A DNA stretch of 64,000 nucleotides from Raillietiella orientalis (taxonomy: Eukaryota). The notes beneath the pieces were generated by a model, which saw only the letters and a program-made list of their open reading frames with translations, made no database searches and was not told the DNA's origin. Position 1 is the stretch's first letter. Each line of letters starts with the position of its first letter. The DNA is taken from NCBI GenBank assembly GCA_036172245.1, contig JAYWIR010000014.1, positions 2,170,001 to 2,234,000 of the forward strand, in the 5' to 3' direction. This document shows positions 1-13,099 of this stretch, in pieces. A program made the translations under genes and the position numbers.

Positions 1-268
1 TCCAGCCTGGACTGCCAGGGAATCTTTCGCAGCCATCTGCATCCACAATCTCCCATTCTAGGAGAGCGATTCTTAAGAGGACGTGCCCTCTTCTGAGTGT
101 ACAGCTCAAGAGAGAGGGATGTTGGCCTTCCTGGCCATTCATAGTAGTGTCTCCGGGCATGGCAGCCACGAAAATACTGCTATTCTCCACATAGAACTTT
201 GAAATATAGTCTGTACATGCAGCCGCCAATAGATGTAGGACACTAATTGCTGATGCATTTGCGATTGC
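1..268 (-). CDS. Candidate internal exon of an unidentified host gene (runs off the window edge)
   Basis: AG acceptor at 269-270 (minus strand ...atattcag|GCAATC) followed by 89 stop-free codons, AIANASAISVLHLLAAACTDYISKFY...ERFPGSPGW. GC is higher than in the flanking AT-rich DNA. No family recognised. Confidence 0.3.
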
Positions 269-669
269 CTGAATATATTTTTGGAAGCAAGATAGTCCGT
301 AAATCCTTCCATTTTCATATAGTTCTTGTTTTGATGCAGATGTTGAAATATCGATATCTTACACGGGTAAACCAATGCAATCCGCATTTGCATTTTAATC
401 ATAATTTAAGTGTGTGTATTTCATGCTATTGTTTCCTTACAAATGTGAAATGAAGTGCAAATTTTTTTGATTTGAAATCTTCCTGGAAACATGACTTACA
501 GCATTCATACCTAAACCCTGATGCAAACATCAGCAAGTGTGGCTACAGTGTACACTTTCGAAAATCACAAACACTTGCTTTTTCATTTTTCCCATCTTCC
601 ACAAAATCTAGATCATCATATAATGTGCTGACATTCAATAGTGCATTAACACATGGTCACTCATTACAA

Positions 670-1280
670 CTATCCATTCTCAAACACATTTCGAGATGCA
701 TTTTTCTTTAATTGATTCTCTATTTGCATCTTTGCGAGATCACCTGAAGTATTTCAAATTTCACAAAGTTGCAAGATGCATCAGTTTCTAACAACATTGC
801 ATTTGGTGTAAAGAATGGAATTATCTCGCTCTTTTTTAATTAAGTCATAGTACTGCTGTATACTACCTGGCTGATTCTTTCTCAAAGTGGGATTCCATTC
901 TTTGAACATTTCTGCCACTAACATACAACTAATTCCTCTTTATTTGCATAAATGAATAAGGCTGACTTGGTCAAATCATCATGGAGCAGAGCTTGTCATG
1001 TTTGCCTATGCTAAGCGAGTCTAACTCTCACACTATCAAATCAATAAGCATTTTAGTAAAACCTGGAAAGAATTCAAGTTAACAAAACTATCCCTTTGTT
1101 GTAGGTACAGCTAATGCGCAGAATACCCTAAATCAATCACAACAAATGTACAGATTTACATACTCCTACATCAGATACACATAATCAAAAATTATTGCAC
1201 TTCATTGCTTCCAAAGCATATTTTGACTTTGCAATATACTTAGAAAATCTTCATGAACTTTTGGTTGTTTCGCACATGTC
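670..1280 (-). CDS. Candidate chain of small host-gene exons (1240-1280, 867-911, 670-743)
   Basis: AG/GT-bounded segments join in frame to give TCAKQPKVHEDFL-KMFKEWNPTLRKNQP-GDLAKMQIENQLKKNASRNVFENG*. Alternative joins are also possible, so the model is weak. Confidence 0.2.
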
Positions 1281-4200
1281 CTGTTGGATGCATAATATTA
1301 GGATTGATGCATGCACACAAATCCCTCTACCTAACGAACATAATCCCTGCACTTTTAAATAACTGATTTATTCTTACTAAGGAATGCAAATTTCTTTGCT
1401 TCTTTTTAACAACAAAATCAGTGTACACAATTTTATGAAAGATTTATTTGATGGGTGGTATCTCACTCAAAGGGTCATATACATTAAATTTCATATGTAT
1501 GTGCACAGAATAACTGCCAATACTGCTCACTTCTGACTTATGACACCAATCACATAACGTTTCCAAATTGAAACTCAATCCAGCTTTAATGGAATATTAC
1601 AAACACAAACAAGATCTAAGGGCAGTCTACATTGTACTCAATGACTTTACAGACAAGCAAAAAACAAAACCCATCACTCCTTGAACAGGCTAGGATGAAA
1701 TTAATTAAGCAAAATTAAACGAATCTAATCCTTGAATGGCATAATGACATCATTTAAAGCTTTTCATGAAAGACTGAATCATTATATTCATTCAAATGTC
1801 AAGGGCTTTTCTTTGCTTTCTTTTCTTTGTATGTATGCTCAAGCAAACTAGCACACATAAATGCATTTATGTCTATTTTTGCAGTGGTGTTTGTTTTCCC
1901 AGTGAATTTCCTTAATAAGGATTTAGCATACAAAAAATTTTACCAAGGTACTGAACCACTCTTCATTTCTAGTTCATAATTATGCATGGGAACAAATTAT
2001 TTCAAGCACGGAATTTAAAATTCCGTGTGAATTTGAAAATTGAAGCAAAAGGACATGTTACTGCTTTAGGCAACAATTGTCTGGCCTAACTGAAATAAAA
2101 CAAATGATTAAAAAAATGCAAAATAGGCACATACGTTGCATGCAAGACAATCATTGTCAGACTGTCCATCAAATTTCGAGATATGAATAAGTAGTACATT
2201 AAGAGGTTAGTTTCTTAGTTTGCAGCTTCTGAAATTTTCCCTGGGAAAATCCCTGCTTCCACATTTCATCCAGCATAGACATGTGGCTTTGACATCAAAA
2301 AACATCACAAAACAAGAATGCTAAACACATTTTCTTTTTCCACAAAGTTGTTCTAGGAATTAGGCAAACAGAAGAAACAAAACAAAACAAATATTCATTG
2401 TTTTTATCTCCATTAAAAACATTGTGGAATTTTCCACTTTGCACTGTTCTGCTAAACTGAATCTCACTAATGAATAAACTGAAAACTATGAGTATTATTT
2501 TTTATTATAATCATTATAGAATTTTGTGATACAAGCTTCCAGGCCAAACTTTAAGTTTCCTCAATGGCTCATATGTAATTTCCTAGCAGGTGCTAACTTA
2601 AAACAGAATTCACTTCTAAAACCACAATGCATGAAAGAAAAAGGAGTCCATCTCAGTGATAGAAAAAATATATATCTCAAGATTTTTACAGTGATTCTTA
2701 GCCACCAACATTCTAGATATAAAATGATGACTTTGTCATTCTCCTTCATTGACATATGCAGTTGGTGATCTCCAGTCAGTCTTATTTGCAAGTGATTGAG
2801 ATTGCTTTCCTGGCATTCCCAGTCCCACATTCAAATTTTGTGCTCTGAATTGATAATTGAAAAATACTGAATACTTTTATCGAAAGTTCTCCATAAAGGT
2901 AACATCCTGAGGGCCATCATTTCATGAAATTTTTCTCCAGATCGCAGTGAAGACCTTTTATGTTTATCGGATCAAAGAATCTAACAATGACCTCCCTCAA
3001 ACAAAAAATTAGCTGTGATGTAAACTCATACCTTTTTTTTTTGCAAAGGAGGTGCACCCGAAATACAATTTGGACACTTCGATACCTGACTGGCAATTCA
3101 TTATACGGAACAAGCATAAAGTACCACTTTTCAAAATTGGAGACTTTGTCTAACTAGAAACACCGAAGATGGAACACTCCTAGCTGAAGCCGCATATGTA
3201 ATGCTTAAAAATCAAGTTGCTACAGAAGCCATGAAAAGACGAGAATCCACTGTCAGCCTTCCTAATCACGACTCGTCTTCACAGAAGGTGATGGCTCCTT
3301 CAGGAAAGCACTAATGTTCTCCATTTGTTGGGATCACAGAATATAGGATGGCAGCAAACAAACAAGCAAACAAAAAAATTGCCTATGCAAGTTCCACCAC
3401 TTAGAATTTAATTCCTCTGGTAGTTTATGGTTTCCTTCGAGCCATTTACATTGGCCATGCCTGCCCATCTGTGCTTTTTAGAGAGGGAATGCCGTAAGAG
3501 TCTTAGTGTCTCGTAAGACTACGTACGGATCGTTTGAAATTTCTGGAAAAAACGCAAGTAACATCGTACATTCTTCGGCTTGTAACTGGTCCGTACGCAT
3601 GGGTTTCGTTCTCTTGCCCTCTGAGCTGGGAGGACTTGGAAAGGAACGTAAAGATCCCCCGCTGGGCGCTCGACCCATGCTGTGCAAAGGATGCAGCGGC
3701 GGATTTTTCCCCGTTGCCTTTCCTGTCATCAAGAGACTGCACTCTAAAGCAATAAGCAGCATTGTGCATCCGATGACAAACCGGATTTGAAAAACTTATA
3801 GCGAAAACCACACTTGACCAAAAGTTGGCATACAGGTAGAGAGTTAAAAAGATTCAACTCAGCTATCTAATTAATGGATCCAGAAGTGCCAATATTCACG
3901 AGCTACCTTATCAGGAACATAAGACACTGAGGGCAAGCAGATTTGCTATTGTGAAAATTGGATTTGGATTGGATTTGGATTCATTGTATCAGAGTTATAC
4001 CTCTTATATTTCAACAATTTCGTGTTGTCAAGACTCCACACTTACTAAAATCCTACTCCAAAACTTTTGTCTGTCTGAGGCATAGTTCTTCCGAAGTCTG
4101 CTTCAGCCAGCGAAACTTCAGATTCTTCATTAAACAGTATCCAAGCCAGAGAAAGCCCACTGAACAAAATTCCCAGTGGACATTCTCCACGGTCAAGTCA

Positions 4201-5339
4201 TGGCTTTCCTACTTATGTATGTGAAGTGCAAACCCGTTCTTCCGTCACATAAGCAGATCAATGCAATGGATGTGTTTAGAAAGCATACAAATGAGCTAAT
4301 TGAGAAGAAATAACATAGATTTCATCTATCTTTAAGTATTTACACATGAAAATGTATACATATCGTAAGGCATAAGCGAAACATTGTATTTATCATAGAG
4401 AATAGTGTAGGTTTGCAACAAGACTTTGAAGTTCACATTCTTCAGTTTTAATCAATGTTTCTAAAAGCTACGTTGTGCATGAAGCTTCAAATAGAATTAA
4501 TCACATTCAACAGAATTCACTTAATTCAGTATCTTTTTTAGAATGGAGAATATCGGTAATTCACATAAACGTTATTTGGAAAAACTAAGATACATAAAGA
4601 GACAAACAACGTGTCTGTGGATGAAGATAGAGAAAAACCATCCAGTTTAAAGAATTCAGACTTCCATGTATGAATAATTGCTTATTTCACGCCAGAAGTA
4701 TTATAGATTTGAAGACAGGAAAAAAAGAAAAAAACGAAAACTAAGAGAAGGATTATCTTCATATGCTTTTGTAGAATTCAAAATTTTAAGAATTTTCATT
4801 TCAAACCTAACACTGTAAACTTTGAAACTAATCTGGATGCGATGCCAATAATAAGTCTGTAAATGATTCAGTAAAGATCTAATTCCCAAATTATCACCGA
4901 AAATATCTTTCATGTTGCCTTTAGTTTGCAATTGCAAAGAAATCTATTATAGTTACCAAAAGCATGGAATAACATTCCGAGCTTCTAATGGTCGAAAAAT
5001 CCATCATTATAGAAACGACAAGCAACGAGGAAGCAATGGGAACATATTTAATTCATTCATGGTCTAAAGAAAAATTCCAAAGTCACAAATTTCATATTTC
5101 TAATCGCTTTGTCTACTCCTTCATGGAGTTAATCCTTACCAGGAAAACATCGCAATTCTATTTCGGTTTGAGAGCAAACTGCTTTCAGAGAAAATGATAA
5201 AAATCAGGGAATTGTAAAAGCATGAATGTTTATTCCTGCACTTGCACTTAGATCAAGCGAATCGATGACTTGATAAGAATATTCTTGAAAGCATTCCAGG
5301 TGCAGTCTTCTTCACTAGCTTTTATATAAATTTACGAGA

Positions 5340-7300
5340 ATATCTATTTTGTCTACCTAGAGCTCCAATGCCCAATCAGCACCACAGAGAAATATCGGAG
5401 CACATAAATCTATGCTTTGTGGTACTGCTGTTTCCGCATAAGTTGTTTCGTTCATACAGTTGCTCCCTATTCTGGAGAAGCGGTTCACTCTGATCGACAA
5501 AAGCCTCCTGTTTCATTCATGAAGCCAGACTGGCGTTGCGCCCATTTTTTTCCCAAGCGCTTTCAATCAGAAACTTGAGAGTAATAAAGCCTCTTTATGC
5601 AGAGGCATATAGGAAGGATCTAGAGATCATTTAGAGATTTGTAGAAGCAAACCAGGAGTGTCTTTGCTTTCTGACTCCGTTTAGTGTGACTCCGTTTAGT
5701 AACCACCGTTCTTCCGATGAATTGCCAATTGGGGACGCCTATAACAGCGTAACATCTTCGTAGCATGCATCCTCCCTCTAAATGAATACTTGTCTATCAG
5801 AAATTCTGCTCATGCTGAAAGAATTGCAGAAGGTTCGATTGGCTCCTTCAAAAGCTGCGAGCGCGTGCCATCCATGGCTAATTCTGCAATCTATTGAATA
5901 TTCGCATTTCTTAGACGAACTCCATCCCAGATTAGATTTTTCTGCGCTTGCTTTAAAAGAAGGACCGAGCTGCGAACACGAGGGAATGTCGAGTTTACGC
6001 ATCTTCCCCCGGAGAATCATGGTGGACTCGTGGGAAGAAATTCCACTTGGGTCTCCAGAAAACAACCTTTTTGCAAGGCACCTTCGATTTTTTCCCGTGT
6101 ATCCAGTGCACCTGCAGGCTCTACACCGAGAACATGAATTCCGAGATTGGACCAGGAAGGAAGATTCCCACGGGATTCCTGCGGAAGCGCGGCAAAGTTC
6201 TAGAAAGTGTGTGTAGAATTTTTTCTTTTCTCTGCTATGAGTCCTGCAAAATTCCTTTGCGAATGCACGCGACGACACAGTCGCGATCAACTCAATCGGA
6301 GCGCATAAAACGACATATACGCAAGTTTAGATCATGCTCATTATGCCGAGAAAAAAACTCGAATTATGCCCATTTGGATCCCTGATTCAGGAAGTTTCTG
6401 AATGTCATTCCCGAATCCAGAAAACTTTCCAGAACTTTCTGCCGGAGCCTCTTGAAGAAACTGCTGGTTCAAACGCAACGGGGCCTTCTTTGAATTCCTG
6501 CTATTCGCTCTTCGAAACAAAAAATAAAATAAAATAAGAACAAAAAAGCCTTCATAAGACGTAGAGACTCTGAGACATCATCCAACTCATGTTGGTACTA
6601 TCTACACTGATTCAAAGAAGCCGTAGAAAACAAGAACACTACAAAGAATTGGGAGCTGGAATCGATCACCAAGGAAAAAGCTGTTTTGGGAAGAGGAAAG
6701 AGTGGGGCGAAAGTTTTCACAGGAAAATAGACACCTGATTTGGGTAGCTCTTTGTCCGATCCACTGCTGAGCGCAGGCACTTACGAATGCAATGGTTGCT
6801 AGGGTTACGTGATCGCAGGCCGGTCTTTTCCGGCTGAAAGCCGTGATCAAGCACCGGAAGACGCAGCAGCTTGATCCGCTGTAGGCACGCGCGAAAAACA
6901 CTCCTCGGGCAGAAAGCTCTTGCTCATCTGAATCTGCGAATATCATTAGCGGCTTCTCCGAGTAGGTGCTCGTGTGCGTCAGACTTGCGCGTTTACGCAG
7001 GCCGATGGTGCCGTTCATCAACTCGATGATCCACTTCGCAGGCACCTTGGAGCAGGAATCCCCCTCTGCTCGTACGGGATCCGGCCTTTGCCAGCTGACT
7101 GCGAGGATCGGAGGGAGAATGCGTCGTCTGCTGACGCTTTAGGAGGCCAAGGAAGAGCACACCTGAGGAGTGAAGCTCCTTCCTTGCGCTTCAAAGCTGT
7201 CCTCATTTATCCCAGCGCAGACTCCACTCTTCAACCCTTAGAACTGGCTGTGGCTGGCTGCTTGGTGCTTCTCAGTGACTGGTTCAGCAGCACGCGTCGT
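5340..7300 (-). mobile_element. Degenerate BEL/Pao pol, 3' part (RT end, RNase H, integrase)
   Basis: ORF 6602-7045 PLMIFADSDEQELSARGVFFAR...LITAFSRKRP resembles LHxFxDASxxAYxAVxYLR...AKSRVAP. ORF 5778-6290 has CSRCRAC and SQLGP...SIDCRISHGWH, resembling the integrase Zn finger and DYxGP...FTCxxTRAVH. Confidence 0.7.
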
Positions 7301-7379
7301 TCCATGCCTGTCAGTCGATAAAGTAACTCATCTCTATCGTGTCTTCGGAGCCATTGCAACCAAGAAGGAATAGTTTGCC

Positions 7380-8200
7380 CGCGTCGGAGATCGTGTGGCT
7401 GCGGTCTCCCAGCGCGTGGCACCAGGCGTCGCGGGTTCCAATACCCGGAAAGAATCGACGCTAGAGACATGGGTGTGTAGTGGGTTCGAGTTCCTCCCGC
7501 AAGATGGAGCAGGCTGTCCTATAGTTGGGTGAGGCACTGACTGAGCCTGAGAACCGGATGCCCCCAACGAGTGGTCGCGATTGGGAGTCGACCCTCCGGG
7601 GTCATTCCAGGAGGGGTTCCCCTTAGGTTGTGCAAATGAAGCCGTCCCTCCTCCCTTGTGGATGAACCCTCCGTCTCGTACCATGGAACTGGGAGGTACC
7701 TCTCTAGAGTGTCAAGAAGCGCTCTCCTCCCTTTGGGGAGCGCCCTCCAGAGAAAATTTGGAAGCGTTCCTTCAGGGTTCTCTTCAGAGGAGGGAAGGAG
7801 GAGCGGTTCCCTTGCGGGGTTCCCTCCGAAGAAGAAATTCCAAGAGCGGATCCTTTCTGGGTTCCCCTAGACGGAGAAACAATGGAGAGGCCTCCTCCGG
7901 AGAGAATAAGGAAGAGGTTCCCCTTCCTGGTTCCCTTCGGAGACAGCAGGGTAGAGGGTTTCCTTCAGAGATCTCTCCCCGACGAGAAAGGAACTGACTC
8001 TTCTTCTCCTCAGCCCTTCCTGGATTCCAAAGGATGATCCCCTCACGGGGTACCTTTTATCTTGAAGAGTAGAGTGTATCCACACCCTCGTGGTGGAACA
8101 GTGTTAAAGAGCTGCGTGAGCCGCCAGGCGCGCGACAGTTCTTGGGGTACTCAACGAACCAAAAAAAAAAATAGAAAAGAAAAGAAGGAAATGATGGAAT
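7380..8200 (+). mobile_element. Gag-only BEL/Pao-like family, copy 1 (3' fragment: conserved block, internal repeats, LTR start TGTTAAAG at 8102)
   Basis: Homologous by eye to 11560-12350 (-), 15290-15800 (+) and 62150-63250 (-). Ends gtggaacag|TGTTAAAGAGCTGCGTGAGCCGCCAGGCGCGCGACAGTTCTT followed by an A-rich tract. Confidence 0.65.
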
Positions 8201-8229
8201 GACTGCTCGTCGTGGATCCTGTTGAAGCA

Positions 8230-9210
8230 GTCACATACATGACGCTGATTATGATCTGTTCATTCGGTCCTCCGTGAAGGAATCAATAAGACTGAAAAAT
8301 AGAGCTATTTGATGATATCCTCATGTCTGATCTATCCGATGATTCCAAGGTTGCTGCAGAACACTCTACTTTGTCTTGAAAAAGAACGCTTCATTCTCGA
8401 AGGTGACGGATCGATCTTGGATGAGAGCTCACCTCTTTTGATGCTGCTGGACGAGGCCGCGTCTCCAAGCTACAGTTTACGTGTTAGTGTCGACCATCAT
8501 GAAAATCGATGTGACCTTCATTTCTTTCTCTTTCAGTAATCTTTTCGCCCGCAAAACGTGCATTTTTACTTCTCATTTGGAAAGTTCTGATTGCAAGTTC
8601 TCCCCGACCCGAAATTCTGACTGGTACAGCTGTCTCCAAGAACACAGATTCTGAATGCAGGAGCAGTTTCTTGAAAATCCAATGCTCTCTCCTCGAAGAC
8701 TCCAGATGATTCCATTTTTCCACGAAATGTCCTTGTAGTCAGAGTTTGTGGGTGCTGTGCAGAGAATGTGTGTCGATGAGGAGCAAAATTACTTTGAACC
8801 TTTTTTTTTAAATGTCAGAATCTGCATCAGGAATCCCGTCTTTTCGCAAACTTAACACGAAAATTCATCCGAGTCTATGGCCAAATCCATGAACACTCTG
8901 AATATCAGACGACAAAGAAGACCTAGGAGGAGTGGCGAGAGGTGCTCCTGCCTTTTTTCTGTTACTGCTGGAGTTCCGCAGTGACGGATGCTTCTGAGAT
9001 GGTGTTACGTAGAAGAAAATAGGAGCATTCGATGACGCGATGTCCCCACTTTCACGTTTACGAAGAGAGACCAGTGTCAAAAAGGATGCCCAGAAAGGTG
9101 CCACTGAATAGACTTGGTAGATGTTCATCGAGAAAAGGGTTCCAGTGAACGGATAGTCAATGATCACAAATTCTGAAACTAAGCTTCGTCCATGATGTAG
9201 CATAGCATGG
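8230..9210 (-). mobile_element. Degenerate BEL/Pao pol, 5' part (protease and RT N-terminus), probably the same element as 5340-7300
   Basis: AMLHHGRSLVSEFVI resembles ALLDSGSQxSFI (near 9200). KWNHLES resembles FWxLES. PSPSRMKRSFSRQSRVFCSN resembles PHHxVxKxxxxTKxRVVFDAS. Domain order is collinear with the downstream RNase H and integrase. Confidence 0.5.
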
Positions 9211-9949
9211 AATAGTCCTAGAAGGTTTCAACGTGAAAGAGTCTCAAACCCAAATACAGTAGAAAAAGACGTTTGATGACGAAGGTTGATAAAGCTACAG
9301 AAAGTGGATCACTGTAGAATTTTTATGGACTATATATTAATGTTCATCCTTGAATTATAAGATTTATTGACGAAGCTCTTCATGAGAGATTTATAATTCA
9401 CATTTTTGTACACAGATACATTGTTTCAGATACAATTCTTGTATCTGATGAAAAGTGACCATTCTCTAAGAATCGGATGCTCAGCACTGACTTTCGTTGC
9501 TGAAGTCCAGGGCACATTCAAGATCTCTGATTTCTTTGCCATCTACAATCGCTCTTCAGCATTCTGTTTCCTTGGAGGAAAACGTATGCAAGCTGGTAGT
9601 AGGTCGAAACTTAGATTATGAGATGGCGACTGCGAAACAAGTTTGCCACGTAAAAAGACGAAGTTTTTTCCAGTAACATAAAGGCCTACAATGAAAATGA
9701 TTCTTTCGGAAGATGTTCCAAGGAGGATAGAGAAGATAGGAGAAGAGAGTGATTTCTAGATCCTGGCTTTCCTAGGAAGGATAGAAACTAGAAAGATAAG
9801 AGTAGTAGCCATCTTGCATCCTTCGTGGGGAAGGATCTCTTCCCAGAGAGGACACAAAGTAAAAACAAAACGGTCAAGGGACCTAACGAAACTCAGTCAA
9901 CAACATTTAGAAAGAGCTTAACAAGAAGGCTATCCATTGTAATTGGGCT

Positions 9950-11480
9950 ATTAGTTTAAGACATCCAGTGGTAAAGGTGTTCCATAGCTGCAATTCACGC
10001 TGATTACTGGCACTTCCGGATCTGGGCTATCTGGGCTACCTTCAGGCTTCTTTGCTGGGTTCTTCGGGTGCCATCCGTTTTCTGCCTTCACCGTTCTCTT
10101 TCTGTTCTGAACAAAGTGCTTAGACTGCACCGATGCCAAAAGAAATGTGTTTCACTTCAAAAAAAGCAGCTGTTTCAAAGTGACATTTTGGACTTCTTCC
10201 ACATTTCAGAATTTATTTCAATCTATCGAAGCATCCAAAACCAAAGGCATGAATGTCCTCTTGGGGAGCGGCTAGGAAAAGTTACTCTCTATTCTTGATT
10301 CGGAACATTATCAAGATAAACCTTCTAGGATGAGTGTGATCACATTATGAAGTAGGCAAGGATCAAGAGTCCTTGTTGAGGCTTTCTAGAAGGGCACGGT
10401 GGGATTCTTTTCCCCATTCGTGAAGGCAAACTTCTCCAGGAACAGACCTCGGTAAGGTTACTGCTGCCAGGAACAACTCGACCTGAAAGATCCTCACAGG
10501 TACATCGCTATCCCTTCCCCTTCTTTGTTTCTCTTTTCGAGATGCACTTCACTAACGGCGAAGCGGCTCAAGTATCGAAAAAGTCTTGAGTTTCCGGGAG
10601 TGGCAAGCACATCTTCCTTCTCTTGATGAGCAGCCTCCAATAGAATGCTAGAATGCTCGCTGCGTATGAAACCAAAATCTCAAAGCATCTACGGAAGCAC
10701 GGTGGTCAAACCCGAAGGCCATCATGCTTCCTTAGGTCAGATGGAGAAGGAAATTCAGAGGCAGTGCCTTCAGGAATAGCCATCTCCGGATGCCAAGGCA
10801 ACCAAGCCGCGTCTCGAGCCAGACAGCGCTTCTGGTACGTGATACTGAGAAAGCCAAGAGAGATGAAGCTGTTTGGTCCAGGAGGAATCACCGAGGTGAG
10901 TGCTTTAAAACCCTCTTGGAGAACTCCAGATTTCCTGAGATGGGTGGTAGTGCAGATCAGTAGAGGCATCCAGAAGCGACCGGAGTGATATCTTCGGTAG
11001 CAGACACAAGAGTCTGATACTGAAAAACTTTCGCAGCTTTCTCGAGCAAGAAATCGTCACGGCAGAGCCGTATTTCTGGCTCTTTCCTGTGAAGGAGCGT
11101 CGAAAAGGATCCATCATCTCTATCAGCTGAGCTGCAGTGAGGAATTCTGTCAGTAGGCCGAGATTTCATCTTAATGAACACCCTCTTTGTTTCCCAGACT
11201 AAGAAAATCCGCTTATCATCTTTCTCTGACGAGACCGTGGGTTCCCATCGGAGATGTTCAGGCCCTAGGTTTTCGAAAATCTGGGAGATCATGTCGATTC
11301 TCTCTGCTGCCTGGACGTTAGCTGCAGATGCATTCACGACATCTTTCCTTGAAGCAACTGTTTGCACTCCACAGAGGGCTCATCTCTTCCTTATTTGGTT
11401 TTCTTGCTGCTGACTGCGTTCTCTGCCTTGCGATGGAGATGCTCAGATGCTTAGATGTCTGCATCCAGGACCAGTTGCAG
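9950..11480 (-). mobile_element. Degenerate BEL/Pao gag
   Basis: Charged N-terminal region, then RIPHCSSADRDDGSFSTLL resembling LPxFSGDxxxWxxF. Knuckle remnant GHSCLWF...SCFF*SETHFFWHRC at about 10120-10270. Confidence 0.5.
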
Positions 11481-11559
11481 TCTCAGGGGGACATCGTTAC
11501 TACTGGTCAGAACGATGGAAATCCCTCAGGGTTCTTTCGTTTTCTCCGCTTTCTTCCAG

Positions 11560-13060
11560 CTTTTTTTTTTAGGAGATGGAGAGGTCTCAAGGAGTGCTGA
11601 AGAACCATTCGACTTCCAAACGAGAAAGGGGCTTACAAAGCCCTTTAACATAGTTCACGGCCTCCCGAGGACTAGGGGGTAACTCTTCAGTTTTGGGGAA
11701 TCGCCCCAAAGGGACCACTCTATGAATCCAGGAAGGCTCCGAGGGAAGGAATTTATTCCTCTTACGCTTGGTAGGAAAGCCCGAAGGGGACCCTCGCCCT
11801 GGTTGTCTCTGGAGGGAACGTCTTCCTTATCCTCTTATGAGAGGCCGGTCCTCATTTCTGCTCCGAAGGGAACCCGGAAAGGATCTGCTCCTTGTTTACT
11901 CCTCTGAAGAGAACCCCATAGGGATGCTTCCAAACTTTGAAGGTCGCTCCACGAAAGAAGCAGCGTGCTTCTTGCACTCTGGAGAGGCAACCCCCAAGGG
12001 GATTTTCAACCAGCTCCGTGGTGTGTGATGGAAGGTTCCACCCAAAGGAGGAAAGGCTCTATTTTCACCACCATAACGGGAACCTCGAGGCTCCTTGATT
12101 CCTGGAAGGATCCTGGAGGGTCAACTTCCGATCCCGGCCAGTCAACGGGGGCATCCGGAGGTTCCCGGCTTCGACCAGTGCTGCCCCCGGAATCTATGGG
12201 CCAACCAGCGTCGTCCTGCGGGGGGGACTCGAAACCCACGACGCACCCCCGTTCTCGGCATTGATTCTCCACGTGGAGTTTCGAACCTGCAACTCTCGGT
12301 ACAAGTGGAAGCGCGGAGACCGCGGCCACACGGCCACCAACGCGGGATCTCATTTCTGGAGGAATTGCTCAGACTGGTCTATTTACTGCGAGAACGACGT
12401 CCTCTGAGATGGGAAGGACAGTGTCCTTGGTGCATGCAGATTTTCAAACCTGAAGTTCTCTGAGAATGCAGGAAATTTCCCAAGATTAGCGTGGACCTGG
12501 AAGGAATGCGGAAGTTTTTCGCCTTTTCCTGTCTCCTTGTCTTGCGTTCGCGCCCACTGCTTGATCGGGACGCAGACAGGGTGCCTCTCTTGGAGTGGCA
12601 ACTCCCCTGACATCCTAAAGGAGATGCTATCCACCGGAAAGTCTCTTTCTCCATGTTGTTTGTTGAGAGCAAGCTGACCTGCCTTCTGCCCCTTGTAGCC
12701 TAGGATCGCCTTCCTCTCACTTTCTGAATGGTCTTGGTTTCCATCTGGTTGCAGCAGAAGGCACTCTCGTTGCTTTCGTTCTCTCTCGTTATCCATCTTC
12801 AGAAATGCAGTAGATCTCTGTAGAGCGTCGATTCTCCTAGTGTCAACCTCCCTAGCTTCAGAATCGTCCAGGTGGTCTCTGGTGGGCCTGTTGGCACCAG
12901 ACCCAACATTTTCCTTTATCTTCGACGTGATCCACAGCGGCTTTAGGAGAACTCGGGTGTCTTCTCTTCAGGTCATCAGCTCCTGCCTGCTTTTCAGGGT
13001 AATCACGGAATTCGTGGATCGGCAAGCAGACCCATTGATCCCACGGTCTTCAAGTATTCT
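11560..13060 (-). mobile_element. Gag-only BEL/Pao-like family, copy 2 (gag C-terminus, Zn knuckle, conserved block, repeats, LTR start at 11650)
   Basis: Knuckle remnant GLKICMHQGHCPSH is followed directly by VAAVS...GFESPPQDDAGWP...DAPVDWPGSEVDPPGSFQE with no pol domains, then gtgaacta|TGTTAAAGGGCTTTGTAAGCC. Confidence 0.65.
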
Positions 13061-13099
13061 TTGCGAGTGAACCCAAGAGCAGCAACCAAAAAAACACCA

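Noticed and set aside
2690..3090. Additional minus-strand exon candidates (around 3032-3086, 2875-2954, 2745-2844)
   Set aside because: The splice phases join only if a homopolymer length error is assumed, so they are not supportable from sequence alone.
3480..3810. GC-richer island with ~100-aa ORFs and a faint RNase H-like stretch
   Set aside because: The motif similarity is too weak. It is probably a small decayed repeat but could not be assigned.
5672..5700. 15-bp tandem duplication tgactccgtttagtg
   Set aside because: A two-unit local slippage duplication inside a decayed integrase, not an array.
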